The notes under the pieces are model-generated. The model had not been told where the DNA came from. It did no database searches and saw only the letters and a list, made by a program, of their open reading frames with translations. A stretch of 64,000 nucleotides of DNA from an uncultured Gemmatimonadales bacterium (GTDB lineage: Bacteria > Gemmatimonadota > Gemmatimonadetes > Gemmatimonadales > Gemmatimonadaceae). The stretch covers positions 3,424,001 to 3,488,000 of the forward strand of contig CAWKMU010000003.1 in NCBI GenBank assembly GCA_963850905.1, given 5' to 3'. Both the position numbers and the translations under genes were made by a program. Position 1 is the stretch's first letter, and every line of letters begins with the position of its first letter. Positions 14,841 to 24,485 of this stretch are shown piece by piece.

Positions 14841-16242
14841 TTACCCCGTCGCCCGCGCCGTGTAGCTCTCGAAGCGCGTGTAGTGCTTGTGGAAGTACAG
14901 GTTGACGGTGCCGATCGGGCCATTGCGCTGCTTGCCCACGATGACCTCGGACCGACCCTCCAGCGAGTTCCCGTCCTTGTCCGTCGGCCCCTCATACACC
15001 TCGGGTCGGAAGAGGAACACGACCAAATCGGCATCCTGCTCGATCGCGCCCGACTCTCGCAGGTCGGAGAGCTGCGGCCGCTTCGACTCGCCCGTTCGCT
15101 GCTCGGGCGCTCGCGAGAGCTGCGACAGCGCGATCACCGGCACCGCCAGCTCTTTCGCCAGCGCCTTCAATGATCGCGAGATCTGGCTGATCTCCTGCTG
15201 CCGGTTTTCGGCCCTCGAGGGCCCCTGGATCAGCTGCAGATAGTCGACGATGACCATCCCCACTCCCGAGTCGACCTTGAGGCGCCGGGCACGCGAGCGC
15301 ATCTCCAACAGCGAGATCCCGGCGCTGTCATCGATGTAGATCGGCGCGGAGCTGAGGATCCCCGCAGCACGCGCTAGGCGCGGGAAATCGTCATCGCGCA
15401 GCAGACCCTTGCGCATGCGCTGCGCGTCAATGCGAGCCTCGCTCGTCAGCAATCGCTGCACGAGCGACTCCTTGCTCATCTCGAGCGAAAAGAACGCGAT
15501 CGGGATGTTGTGCTCGATGGCGGCGTGCTGCGCCAGGTTGAGACAGAACGATGTCTTCCCCATGGCCGGCCGCGCCGCAACGATGATCAGCTCCGACGGC
15601 TGAAAGCCCGACGTGATTTCGTCGAGGTCCGCAAAGCCGCTGGGCACGCCGGTGATGATCTTGCCGCCCTTCGAGAGCGCTTCGATCCGCTCCATCGTGG
15701 GCCAGAGCAGCTCTTTGATCCGCGTGAAGTCGACGGAGCCGCGCGCCTGACTGAGCTGGAGGATCTTGTGCTCGGCGGCGTCCAACATCTCGGCCGCTGT
15801 GGTTCGAGCCTCGAATGCCTCCGCGACGATCGCCGTCGACACCTCGATCAACCGACGCAGCATCGCCTTCTCACGCACGATCCGCGCGTGATACTCGACG
15901 TTGGCCGCGGTCGGCACTGCGTCGATCAGCGACGAGATGTATTCGCCGCCGCCGCTCGCGTCGAGCTCCCCGCGACGCGCCATCTCGTCCGTGAGCGTGA
16001 GCGGGTCGACCACCTCGCGCCGCTCGGTGAGCGCCATCATGGCGCGGAAGACGCGGCGGTGCGCCTCCCGGTAGAACATCGTATCGTCGACAATCTCGGA
16101 TGCGCGCATGATCGGCATCCGTGTCGATCATCATCGCACCGAGTACGGCCTGCTCGGCATCCTCCGAGTACGGCGGGCGGCGGTCGGCGTAGGGGTCGCG
16201 GTCCGACGGATGGCCGTCGTTCCGGTCAGACCCCGGTGCCAT
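14841..16242 (-). CDS. dnaB: Replicative DNA helicase, one apparent +1 frameshift near 16110
   Basis: N-terminal PPYSEDAEQAVLGAMM lies in a different frame from FYREAHRRVF, ARPAMGKT, DYLQL, SDLRESGAIEQDAD, KQRNGP. Start is 16242 or 16269. Confidence 0.94.
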
Positions 16243-17245
16243 CGAGGATACGACGTGCGTACTGGACATCTTCCCAAGTCGGACGTTTCCAGGCCGGATT
16301 CCGGAGGAGCGCGGCCGGGTGGTACGTGACGATGAGGGGCACACCGTAATACCGGTGGACCGCGCTGCGCAACTTCCCGATGGAATCCTTGGTCTGGAGC
16401 AGGGTCTGCGCTGCAAACGTGCCGAAGGCGATGATCACTTTGGGGCGAATCAGCTCGAGCTGCCGGACGAGGTATGGGCTGCACGCCACGACCTCGTCGG
16501 GCAGCGGGTTCCGATTGCCCGGCGGCCGGTGCTTCAGCACGTTGCAGATGAAGACATCCTCCCGCTGGAGCTGGATCGCGCCCAGGATCTTGTCCAGCAA
16601 CTTGCCCGCTTGGCCGACAAACGGCCGCCCCGTCGCGTCTTCCGTGGCGCCGGGGGCCTCACCAACGCAAACCAGCGAGGCGGCCGCCGATCCCTCCCCA
16701 GGGACCGGGTGCGTCGCCGTGCCGTACAATGGGCACTGCGTGCACGCGGCGATGACCGCGGCCAGCTCGTCAAGCGTCGAAACGCTGGAGAGGGGACCGC
16801 CAAAGAGCTCGCTGTGCGGCTGCCCGACGGCCAGTCCCGCGGGCCAGCGTGCCTCCGACGTCGAGCCCCGTGTGGTCGGTTCGACCGGAGTCGCGGGTCC
16901 GGTCTCCGGCGCCGCTGTCGACGTCACGGCAGGCGACGCGGGAGGTGCGCCGGGTGCGCGGCGCGGCGGCTCAGGCGGGACATCGATCGGCCCGGTCGCG
17001 CCAACGTCCCGACGTGTCGGCGTTCCCCGGGCGGCTGCCAGGACGGCCCGCCAGTCGCCCGCGTCGGCGTCCGGCGCGGCAGTGCCTGCGTGAGGCGTCG
17101 GCTCGCCGACGGATCGCGCAGCGCCGGTCCTGGCGCCGACAATGCGCAGGACCTCCTCGACCGTCATGTCATCGAGCAACAGGTCTCGCTCTCCTGCCTC
17201 GCGCCGCTGCTCCAGATAGCGGCGCAACTGCTCCTTACCGTCCAC
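16226..17245 (-). CDS. Family-4 uracil-DNA glycosylase with Pro/Ala-rich N-terminal extension
   Basis: CTQCPL (Fe-S), VGEAPGATED, GRPFVG, RPPGNR, TYHPAALLR. Confidence 0.92.
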   Translation of the reverse strand: MDGKEQLRRYLEQRREAGERDLLLDDMTVEEVLRIVGARTGAARSVGEPTPHAGTAAPDADAGDWRAVLAAARGTPTRRDVGATGPIDVPPEPPRRAPGAPPASPAVTSTAAPETGPATPVEPTTRGSTSEARWPAGLAVGQPHSELFGGPLSSVSTLDELAAVIAACTQCPLYGTATHPVPGEGSAAASLVCVGEAPGATEDATGRPFVGQAGKLLDKILGAIQLQREDVFICNVLKHRPPGNRNPLPDEVVACSPYLVRQLELIRPKVIIAFGTFAAQTLLQTKDSIGKLRSAVHRYYGVPLIVTYHPAALLRNPAWKRPTWEDVQYARRILDGTGV

Positions 17246-18440
17246 GCATCATCCCTTCGACTCGATCCAGGATCGCGTCCGCGACGTCGATCTTTGCGAG
17301 AAGCGGCATCTCTTCGACCTCGCCATCCCCGACGAGAAAGCTCACGCGATTGGTATCGCCGGCAAAGCCGGCGCCAGGCTCCGAAGCGTCGTTCACGACC
17401 ACCATGTCCAGCGCCTTGCGCTGCAGCTTCGATCGACCGCCGGCCAGCGCCGCCTCGGTCTCCAGCGCAAACCCGACGATGATCGCCGACGGACCGCGCA
17501 GCCCGCGAGTCTCCACGAGAATGTCCTCGGTCGGCACGAGCGGAATGGCGCGAGGCGCCGTGTCTTTCTTGATCTTCTGCGGCGCCGCTGCTGCGGGGCG
17601 AAAATCCGCAGGCGCCGCCGCCATGACGAACACGTCGGCCGACCCGAGCTGTTGCGAAACCGCGGCACGCATGTCTTCGGCCGTCTCGATCGTGATGATT
17701 GTCGGTCCAACGGGGAGCGGCACCGAGAGGGGGCCCGCGATGAGCGTCACGTCCGCGCCGCGCCGCCACGCTGCGGCAGCCACCGCCACCCCCATTTTCC
17801 CGCTGCTCCGGTTCGAGAGAAATCGTACTGGATCGACGGGCTCGCGCGTGGGACCTGCGGTCACCAGGATCCGGCGGCCGCGCAGTAAGCCATCGGCATC
17901 CAACAACCGACCGACGTGCGCGAGAATGGTCTCCGGCTCGGGCATTCGCCCTGGACCGCTACCCTCCCCCGCGGCGAGCGGGCCTTCGTCCGGATCGAGC
18001 ACGTGGTAGCCGAGGCCGCGCAGATGTGCGGTATTGCGGACCGTCTGCCGATGCGCCCACATCCGGTCGTTCATCGCCGGAACGAGCAGCACCGGCGCAT
18101 CCGACGCGAGGAGGCACGCGGCGAGCAGGTCGTCCGAGCGCCCCTGCGCGGCCCGCGCCATGAAGTCGGCCGTGGCCGGCGCCACGACTATGGCGTGCGC
18201 CGACCGCGCGAGCGCGATGTGGTCGAGCGCGTGCCCTGCCGCAATCAGGTCGGTGTGCACGGGGCGGCCGGTCAGGGCTTCGAATGTGATTGCGCCGACG
18301 AACTCCTGCGCGGCCGCCGTCATGACGACGTCGACCTCCGCGCCGGCCCCGCTCAAGAGTCGTGCGAGCCAGGCCGCCTTATAGCTCGCAATGCCGCCCG
18401 TGACGCCGAGGACGATCCGGCGATTAGCGAACGGGCGCAC
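17235..18440 (-). CDS. coaBC: Phosphopantothenoylcysteine decarboxylase/phosphopantothenate-cysteine ligase
   Basis: GVTGGIASYK, APATA, PAMN, TAGPTRE.DPVRFLSNRSSGKMG, GFALET. Confidence 0.96.
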   Translation of the reverse strand: MRPFANRRIVLGVTGGIASYKAAWLARLLSGAGAEVDVVMTAAAQEFVGAITFEALTGRPVHTDLIAAGHALDHIALARSAHAIVVAPATADFMARAAQGRSDDLLAACLLASDAPVLLVPAMNDRMWAHRQTVRNTAHLRGLGYHVLDPDEGPLAAGEGSGPGRMPEPETILAHVGRLLDADGLLRGRRILVTAGPTREPVDPVRFLSNRSSGKMGVAVAAAAWRRGADVTLIAGPLSVPLPVGPTIITIETAEDMRAAVSQQLGSADVFVMAAAPADFRPAAAAPQKIKKDTAPRAIPLVPTEDILVETRGLRGPSAIIVGFALETEAALAGGRSKLQRKALDMVVVNDASEPGAGFAGDTNRVSFLVGDGEVEEMPLLAKIDVADAILDRVEGMMRGR

Positions 18441-18471
18441 CGCGACTGTGCCTCTCGTTCCGACTGGCCAG

Positions 18472-18681
18472 CTACTCGGCGCGACGCCGCGGCACCACGC
18501 GGTACTGGATCTGCCCGGTCGTCAACTCTTCCAGCGACCGCGTCGTGAGCTTCTTCTCTTTGCTCGACGATCGATCGCGTGGAAACTCATTGAGCCCACG
18601 AGCGTACTTCGCCGCGACGAGCACGCCGAGATACTTGTTCGTCGAACGCGCAGCGACTTCGCTGGGGGTGAATACACGCAT
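18472..18681 (-). CDS. rpoZ: RNA polymerase omega subunit
   Basis: NKYLGVLVAAKYAR; canonical gmk-rpoZ-coaBC order. Confidence 0.88.
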   Translation of the reverse strand: MRVFTPSEVAARSTNKYLGVLVAAKYARGLNEFPRDRSSSKEKKLTTRSLEELTTGQIQYRVVPRRRAE

Positions 18682-18694
18682 TGTCAGACCTCGC

Positions 18695-19354
18695 CTAACT
18701 GTGAAGGTCCCGAGCTCGCAGTGCCGCGATGTCTCGGTCCAAACCCTGCACCAACTCCATCACCCGGGCCGCAAGCTGCTCCCCGCCGCGCTCCCGACGT
18801 ACCTGTTCGGCGTCGATGATGGCCGACACCTCGCAGATCGCGCGGTCGAGGTCACCATTGACCACGACGTACTGATACCAATCTATGGACGCAAGCTCGT
18901 GCTTGGCGGTTTCGAGCCGGATGAGGAGATCCTTGGGATCCTCGGTACGGCGCGCCTGAAGCCGAGCGAGCAACACATCCGCGGAAGGCGGCAACAAGAA
19001 AACCAGGAGTGAATCCGGGAAGGCCTCTCGGAACTGCCGCGCGCCCTGCACGTCGATGTCCATAATGACGTGTTGGCCCCGCGCCAGCACCCGCTCGACC
19101 TCTCGCCGGAGCGTCCCGTACAGTTTCCCGTGCACCTCCGCTGACTCGGCGAATTCCCCGCGCTCCCGCTTCGCCACGAACTCGCCGTGCGTGAGGAAAT
19201 GATAATCGCGACCCTCGACCTCGTCATGTCGCGGCAGGCGAGTCGTCGCCGACACCGAATATCCCAGATCGGTGCGGCTCGCCAGGAGGCGCTTCGTGAT
19301 CGTGGTCTTTCCGCCCCCAGACGGTGCGGAGAGAATGATCGGGAACGGACTCAT
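18695..19354 (-). CDS. gmk: Guanylate kinase
   Basis: SAPSGGGKTT, SVSATTR.PR, YGT, DIDVQGA. Alternative GTG start at 19411. Confidence 0.95.
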   Translation of the reverse strand: MSPFPIILSAPSGGGKTTITKRLLASRTDLGYSVSATTRLPRHDEVEGRDYHFLTHGEFVAKRERGEFAESAEVHGKLYGTLRREVERVLARGQHVIMDIDVQGARQFREAFPDSLLVFLLPPSADVLLARLQARRTEDPKDLLIRLETAKHELASIDWYQYVVVNGDLDRAICEVSAIIDAEQVRRERGGEQLAARVMELVQGLDRDIAALRARDLHS

Positions 19355-19407
19355 CGGCGCGTGCAAAAGAGTGCGAGAGGTGTCACCTGAGTCGGCGGCA
19401 ACCGAGA

Positions 19408-20296
19408 TCACTCGAGATTGTCCACTTGTTCACGGATGCGCTCGAGCTCCTCTTTGATCAATACGACGTCTTGCAGCATCCCGGCGTCATTTGCCTTGCT
19501 CCCGGTCGTATTGGCCTCCCGGAGCATTTCCTGAACGAGAAACCCCAGGCGCTTCCCCACCCCATCCACCGCGCCATCGCGCAATGCGGTCCGGAATGCA
19601 TCAATGTGCGATCCGAACCGGTCGAGCTCTTCACTCACATCGAGCCGGTCCGCGAGAAACGCGATCTCCTGCGCGATCCGCTGGTCGTCCACGACCGCCC
19701 CGTCCGTCAGGACGCGGACTGCCTCTCGCAAACGATCGCGTGCCTCGATCAACCGGTCCGGCGCTCGAGCCGCCAACCGCGTCACGGCAGCTTCCACGAG
19801 GGTCAGGCGCTCGTGTAGCAACACCGTGAGCCGAGCACCTTCCGCCTCCCGCATCGCTGACAGGTGAGTGAGAGCGGTGTCCACGACTCCGAGCAGCTGA
19901 GTCCCATCCGCGTCCGTCGCAGTATCGTCCGACTCCGAGACGAGGACATCCGGCAGCCGCAGGACCGTGGCGAGATCGATCTCGCCGCCCAACGCATATC
20001 GCTGCTTGAGTCCGGCCAGCGTCGTCACGTAGCTGGCGAACCGTGCTTCGTCGATGCCGGCACCACCAGCCGTTCCGTCCATCTGCCATCGCATCGCGAC
20101 AGAGACATGGCCACGCGGAGATGTGCTTGCGAAGAAGCTCGCGCACATCGGCTTCCCAACGGCTGTAGCGCGTCGGAAGTTTGATGCTCGGATTGAAGAA
20201 ACGGTGGTTGACGGTGCGGATCTCGACGGTGACGTGGGCGTGGCCGACCCCACCATCAGCCGTCCCGAACCCCGTCATGCTCCGGATGATCGGCAA
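19408..20296 (-). CDS. yicC: YicC/YloC family endoribonuclease, one apparent +1 frameshift near 20120
   Basis: IRSMTGFG...EIRTVNHRF in one frame; DVSEELDR, GKRLGFLVQEMLREANTTGSK, ERIREQVDNLE in the next. Confidence 0.92.
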
Positions 20297-20391
20297 GGGC
20301 CTAAGTTATGACGGGACAATAACATTGTCAATCCAACTGATGTGGTTCTGATGCCACCACACACCGGTCGCGGCGGTGCATCGCGGCGCGC

Positions 20392-22362
20392 TCAATTCCA
20401 AAAGCTCCATCGAATGCCGTAGAGGTTGAGCGTGCGCGGCATGATGTACCCCGGGACCAGATTGTACGGGTAGCCAAGCAGGTTGCGCAATTGCCACGTG
20501 ATGGTGCCCTGCAGGATGCGGATCTCCAGCAGTGACGATGCCACAATGGCGCCGGTGCTTTCCTCTGGGCCGGTGCTCGTTGGAAAGAGCACCTTCGTCT
20601 GGTAGTCGAGACTGCCGCTCACTTTGATGTGGAAATCTCCCCTCGGAAACTTCTTGAGGAGTGACGTCTCGAGCGACAGCTCGCCTCGCGCTGCGTAGTG
20701 GGGTCGGTAGAACGCCTCCGAACCCCAATCGACAGCGTAGAAGTCTGCCGTCAACAGGCCAAACATCGACCCGCGGATCGTCCCGTAGTATCCCGTCATG
20801 CGACCGAGTGCGGCCGGCGTGAATGTCGTGTCGTAGATCGCCAAGCCCTGCACCAGCGCCGTATCTCGCGTGATCACGCCGCCGCTCACCCACAGCTGGC
20901 TCAGTCGAAAGCCAGCTTCGCCACGCATCGACGTAGAGGTTGGAGGTGCATCCGATCCGCCGCCATTGGACGTGGTCCGAGCGACATCGCCGAGGAGGCT
21001 GATGAACGGCAGTGGCGTCAAACGAACCGTGCCCTCCTCCGTGTTGATCCCGAGTAGCCGCTTGCGGTTGAGAGAATCCAGTGTTGGCCACGCGGTTGGC
21101 GCGTTGTTCTCGACGAACGCCTCGATGGCGAGTGGCCCGCTGCCCCAGGATGCACGCAGGGACGGCGAGTTCATGGTCCCCTTGCTCCCAAAGATCCGCA
21201 GGCGTTCGGTGCCCGTGAATCGAATACCCCATTCGGAAAACCCGCCCGTCGCGACGTATTGGGATTCCGAGTTGGTCGTGTCGACCGATGTCGTGGTCGA
21301 CGTGATCGTGGTGGTGGTGGTCGGCGTCGTCACGAGCGTCGACGTGGCGATAGGGCTCGAGTTCTTGAACGACTGCGAGCCGGCGATGACCTGCGCCCAG
21401 ACGCCCTGGTCGGGATTGCCGAAGCCGCCACGCACGTAGGCGTTGGTGTAGGTCTTTTCGAAGTCAGGCAGCCCCGGGGCCGTGGACACGGTCCCATTGA
21501 GCTCGACCCGCGCGAGTGCGTCCATGCCGCGCCGATACCGATCGACGAACGCATCGAACGCCCACGGGCCTCCGGCCCACCCGACTCGCCCGATGATCGA
21601 GGTGCCGACGCCACCTCCTCCATACGGCCCGATATTGGTGAATTGCTGGGCGGCGAATTGAACGTTGCCGCCGTTCTTCAGCCGCTCCCCGAAGAATGCG
21701 CGGTAGAGATTGGTCTCCTGGTTGCCAGTCAGCACGTCCGCGCGCGTCGTTGGCGTGACGTGGTCGACCGCCCAGGTGCGGACGTACACGCGGAGCTCGT
21801 CGGCGCCAACCTCGACGGCCACATCCTGGAGGGTCCAGAGCTCGATGGTGCCGAAATCCTGCAGGCCGCGCATCCCGGGATCGATCGGATCGGTCTCGAG
21901 CCCGTCATAATAGACCCGGATGCGCGCGGGGTTGCCGAGGTACGTACCGACCATCGGCGTCGAAATCCACCCCGCCGCGAACATCTCGAAGCCCGGCACG
22001 CGAGTGAGCAGGTCGGCGAGCGTGAGTGCGCCGGACGCGAAGAGTTGGTCCCGATCCCAGTGGTAGCTGGGCCCGACGCTCAACAATCGGGGCGTCTGGG
22101 CTCGCAGAAGCGGGGCTTTGAGCTTCGTTGTGTCGGGATGGAACGACAACAGGATGCTGTCTGCTTTCGATACCCGCCGATGCGCGGTATCTGGCGGCAG
22201 CGTGTCGAGGCGCACCGAATCGGAAGGCAGTGGAACCGCATGCGACGCCGAGTCGCGACGCGCCCGCGCGGAATCCGAGGCCGTGACTTGGGCCCCGGCC
22301 TCCTTGACGGCGCATCCCAACGCCACGCCAGCAGCCGTGGCCAGAAGGACCCACAGCCGCAC
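20392..22362 (-). CDS. Putative outer-membrane beta-barrel protein with a TonB-receptor plug-like region
   Basis: Signal peptide ending AGAQ, plug-like LADLLTRVPG...VYYDG, amphipathic beta strands, C-terminal YGIRWSFWN. Start uncertain. Confidence 0.7.
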   Translation of the reverse strand: MRLWVLLATAAGVALGCAVKEAGAQVTASDSARARRDSASHAVPLPSDSVRLDTLPPDTAHRRVSKADSILLSFHPDTTKLKAPLLRAQTPRLLSVGPSYHWDRDQLFASGALTLADLLTRVPGFEMFAAGWISTPMVGTYLGNPARIRVYYDGLETDPIDPGMRGLQDFGTIELWTLQDVAVEVGADELRVYVRTWAVDHVTPTTRADVLTGNQETNLYRAFFGERLKNGGNVQFAAQQFTNIGPYGGGGVGTSIIGRVGWAGGPWAFDAFVDRYRRGMDALARVELNGTVSTAPGLPDFEKTYTNAYVRGGFGNPDQGVWAQVIAGSQSFKNSSPIATSTLVTTPTTTTTITSTTTSVDTTNSESQYVATGGFSEWGIRFTGTERLRIFGSKGTMNSPSLRASWGSGPLAIEAFVENNAPTAWPTLDSLNRKRLLGINTEEGTVRLTPLPFISLLGDVARTTSNGGGSDAPPTSTSMRGEAGFRLSQLWVSGGVITRDTALVQGLAIYDTTFTPAALGRMTGYYGTIRGSMFGLLTADFYAVDWGSEAFYRPHYAARGELSLETSLLKKFPRGDFHIKVSGSLDYQTKVLFPTSTGPEESTGAIVASSLLEIRILQGTITWQLRNLLGYPYNLVPGYIMPRTLNLYGIRWSFWN

Positions 22363-22406
22363 GACACGAGGTCTCCGCGCCGTCCGGCGTGCACGAGCAC
22401 TGATGG

Positions 22407-23885
22407 TCAGTGCACCCGCCCGCGGGCGAATTCTACGAACATTCCGACTGGTACACCGGTTGGCCCCTTTGGGATCGCCACTAGGTCCGTTTCGGAGTAC
22501 GCCGTCCCGGCGATGTCGAGATGCACCCATGGGGTATCCCCGACGAATTCTTGCAGGAACTTCGCGGCCGTGATAGCGCCACCCGGCCGGCCGCCAGTGT
22601 TCTTGATGTCGGCGACGTCGGACTTGATCGCGTCCTGGTAGTCGTCCCAGACCGGCATCCGCCAGCCCCGCTCGCACGCGCGGTCCCCCGCGGCGAGTAC
22701 CTCGGCCACCAGCGCGTCGTCGTTGCCGAACACGCCGGTCGCCACATGCCCCAGGGCGATGACACACGCGCCGGTGAGGGTCGCGGCATCGACGATGGCG
22801 GTGGGATCGAAGCGTCGGACGTACGTGAGGACGTCAGCCAGGACGAGCCGGCCCTCGGCGTCCGTGTTGATCACCTCGATCGACTTGCCCGACGAGGCGT
22901 GAACGACATCGCCCGGCTTGACCGCGGTGCCCGACGGCATGTTGGTCGTCGCGCCGATCGCTCCCACGACGTTGATCGGCAAACGGAGCCGAGCGATGGC
23001 CTCGAACGCACCTAGGACCCCTGCCGCCCCGCACATGTCGAACTTCATGAACTCCATGCCATTTGCCGGTTTGATGGAGATCCCGCCGCTGTCGAAGCAC
23101 AGGCCCTTGCCCACGAGCGCGATGGGTTTCGCTGTCGGCGCGGCCCCACGGTATTCCAGCACGATGAGCTTGGGATCTTGCGGGGTCCCTTGCGCAACGC
23201 ACAAAAACGCGCCCATCCGCAGCGCCTCCATCTCCGCTCGCCCGAGCACGGCAACGTCGACATTGTGCCGCCGACCGAGATCGCGCGCCGTTTCCACGAG
23301 ATAGTCCGGCGTGCACAGGTTCCCAGGCATCATGCCGAGACGACGCGCCAGATCATGTCCCGCCGCGAGCGCTCGCGCGGCGGCGAGACCGGCCTCGACG
23401 CGGGCAGGATCGTCGACGTGAATCGTCGCAGCCGACAGCGGGGTCCGTCGGTCTTCGGCCGACGGTGGCGTCTTGAGGTCCGTGTATTCCCAGCAGCCGA
23501 GGGCCAATCCCGCGCCGATCTGCTCCACATCGCTGGCCGACGCGGCGCCGGCAAACCACGTCAGCGATCCCACGCCCATACCGTGCGCTCGGCGACCCGC
23601 CAACGACCCCGCACGCCGCAACATGGCGTGCCGGTCGGTGCCACGACCGAGACCGACCAACAGGACTCGGGCCGGCCCCCGCGTGCCGCCGGCCAGGTGC
23701 AAGACCTCGTCGCGCGCGCCACGAAAGTCACGGCGCTCAATCGCACGCGCGAGCGCGCCGCTGAGCGCCGCGTCGACCCCGGTCAGGGCTGGCGGTGGCG
23801 CCGAGTCTGCAGCCAGTGGCACGACGAGGAGGGGAGTCTCGAGCGCCGCCAGGTCGAGGCGCTGAGCCGACAACGTGAGAGGCAT
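22407..23885 (-). CDS. pepA: Leucyl aminopeptidase (M17)
   Basis: VGKGLCFDSGGISIK, MKFDMCG, NTDAEGRL, ATLTGA, HLDIAG. Confidence 0.95.
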   Translation of the reverse strand: MPLTLSAQRLDLAALETPLLVVPLAADSAPPPALTGVDAALSGALARAIERRDFRGARDEVLHLAGGTRGPARVLLVGLGRGTDRHAMLRRAGSLAGRRAHGMGVGSLTWFAGAASASDVEQIGAGLALGCWEYTDLKTPPSAEDRRTPLSAATIHVDDPARVEAGLAAARALAAGHDLARRLGMMPGNLCTPDYLVETARDLGRRHNVDVAVLGRAEMEALRMGAFLCVAQGTPQDPKLIVLEYRGAAPTAKPIALVGKGLCFDSGGISIKPANGMEFMKFDMCGAAGVLGAFEAIARLRLPINVVGAIGATTNMPSGTAVKPGDVVHASSGKSIEVINTDAEGRLVLADVLTYVRRFDPTAIVDAATLTGACVIALGHVATGVFGNDDALVAEVLAAGDRACERGWRMPVWDDYQDAIKSDVADIKNTGGRPGGAITAAKFLQEFVGDTPWVHLDIAGTAYSETDLVAIPKGPTGVPVGMFVEFARGRVH

Positions 23886-24054
23886 TGGGGAGTGAGAAAA
23901 GGCCGATCAGCGTGCGCAGTGAGCCTAGCAAAGTACGCCGAGCCCAGGACGGTGACTAGCGGCCCGCGGTCATTCCGCAGGGCGCGCGGACGCCGTTGTG
24001 GCCCAGCAATATCCGCGCGCTTTCCTGCCTGCTGACCCTAGATCCCTGGCCAGA

Positions 24055-24109
24055 AGATCTCTTGTCGTAATGACGACATATTGACGTTGTAGATCTGTTG
24101 TCATAATGT
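24055..24109 (+). promoter_or_regulatory. Sigma70-like promoter overlapped by repeated operator-like boxes
   Basis: TTGACG (24081-86), 17-nt spacer, TAATGT (24104-09); direct repeats at 24055-72 and 24091-108; palindrome TGTCGT-N4-ACGACA at 24063-78. Confidence 0.6.
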
Positions 24110-24117
24110 GTACGTGC

Positions 24118-24152
24118 AACGTCCAGCGTCCAACGTCCAACGTCTGGCGCCT
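24118..24152 (+). repeat. Heptamer tandem array (CGTCY core), 5 units
   Basis: AACGTCC AGCGTCC AACGTCC AACGTCT GGCGCCT. Confidence 0.8.
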
Positions 24153-24170
24153 TGCTATAGGAGCACGGTG

Positions 24171-24449
24171 GTGCGCACGAACAACGCACGAGAGTCGGCG
24201 AGGCGAAAGAAGGCCTTTGGCGATGGCCTGGCCACGCTGCTCGGCCGCGACGCCCGGAGTGTCGCGACGGACCTCGGGATCACCCCGAGCGGGTTGTACG
24301 CACTGGCCCGCCGCGGGGCGCCGCAGATGCCGTCCGCGGAGCGCTTGCGCGAGCTGGCGCTCGTGTGCGAGGCGGAAGCCGAGCGCCTGTCTCTGGCGGC
24401 GCGGGTGCTCCACCACGAGGCCTATCGAGTCGATGCGTTGCTAAAGTGA
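24171..24449 (+). CDS. Small putative helix-turn-helix (XRE/Cro-like) protein
   Basis: AGGAG RBS at 24159-63 before GTG (24168/24171); ARSVATDLGITPSGLYALAR...PSAERLRELA resembles an HTH. Confidence 0.6.
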   Translation: MRTNNARESARRKKAFGDGLATLLGRDARSVATDLGITPSGLYALARRGAPQMPSAERLRELALVCEAEAERLSLAARVLHHEAYRVDALLK

Positions 24450-24485
24450 GGACAAACGGCATGCTATGATCGCTTGCCCATGTGA

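Noticed and set aside
24096..24123. dif-like look (TGTTGTCATAA TGTGTA ...)
   Set aside because: Only one arm resembles a Xer site; the second arm does not match in either orientation.
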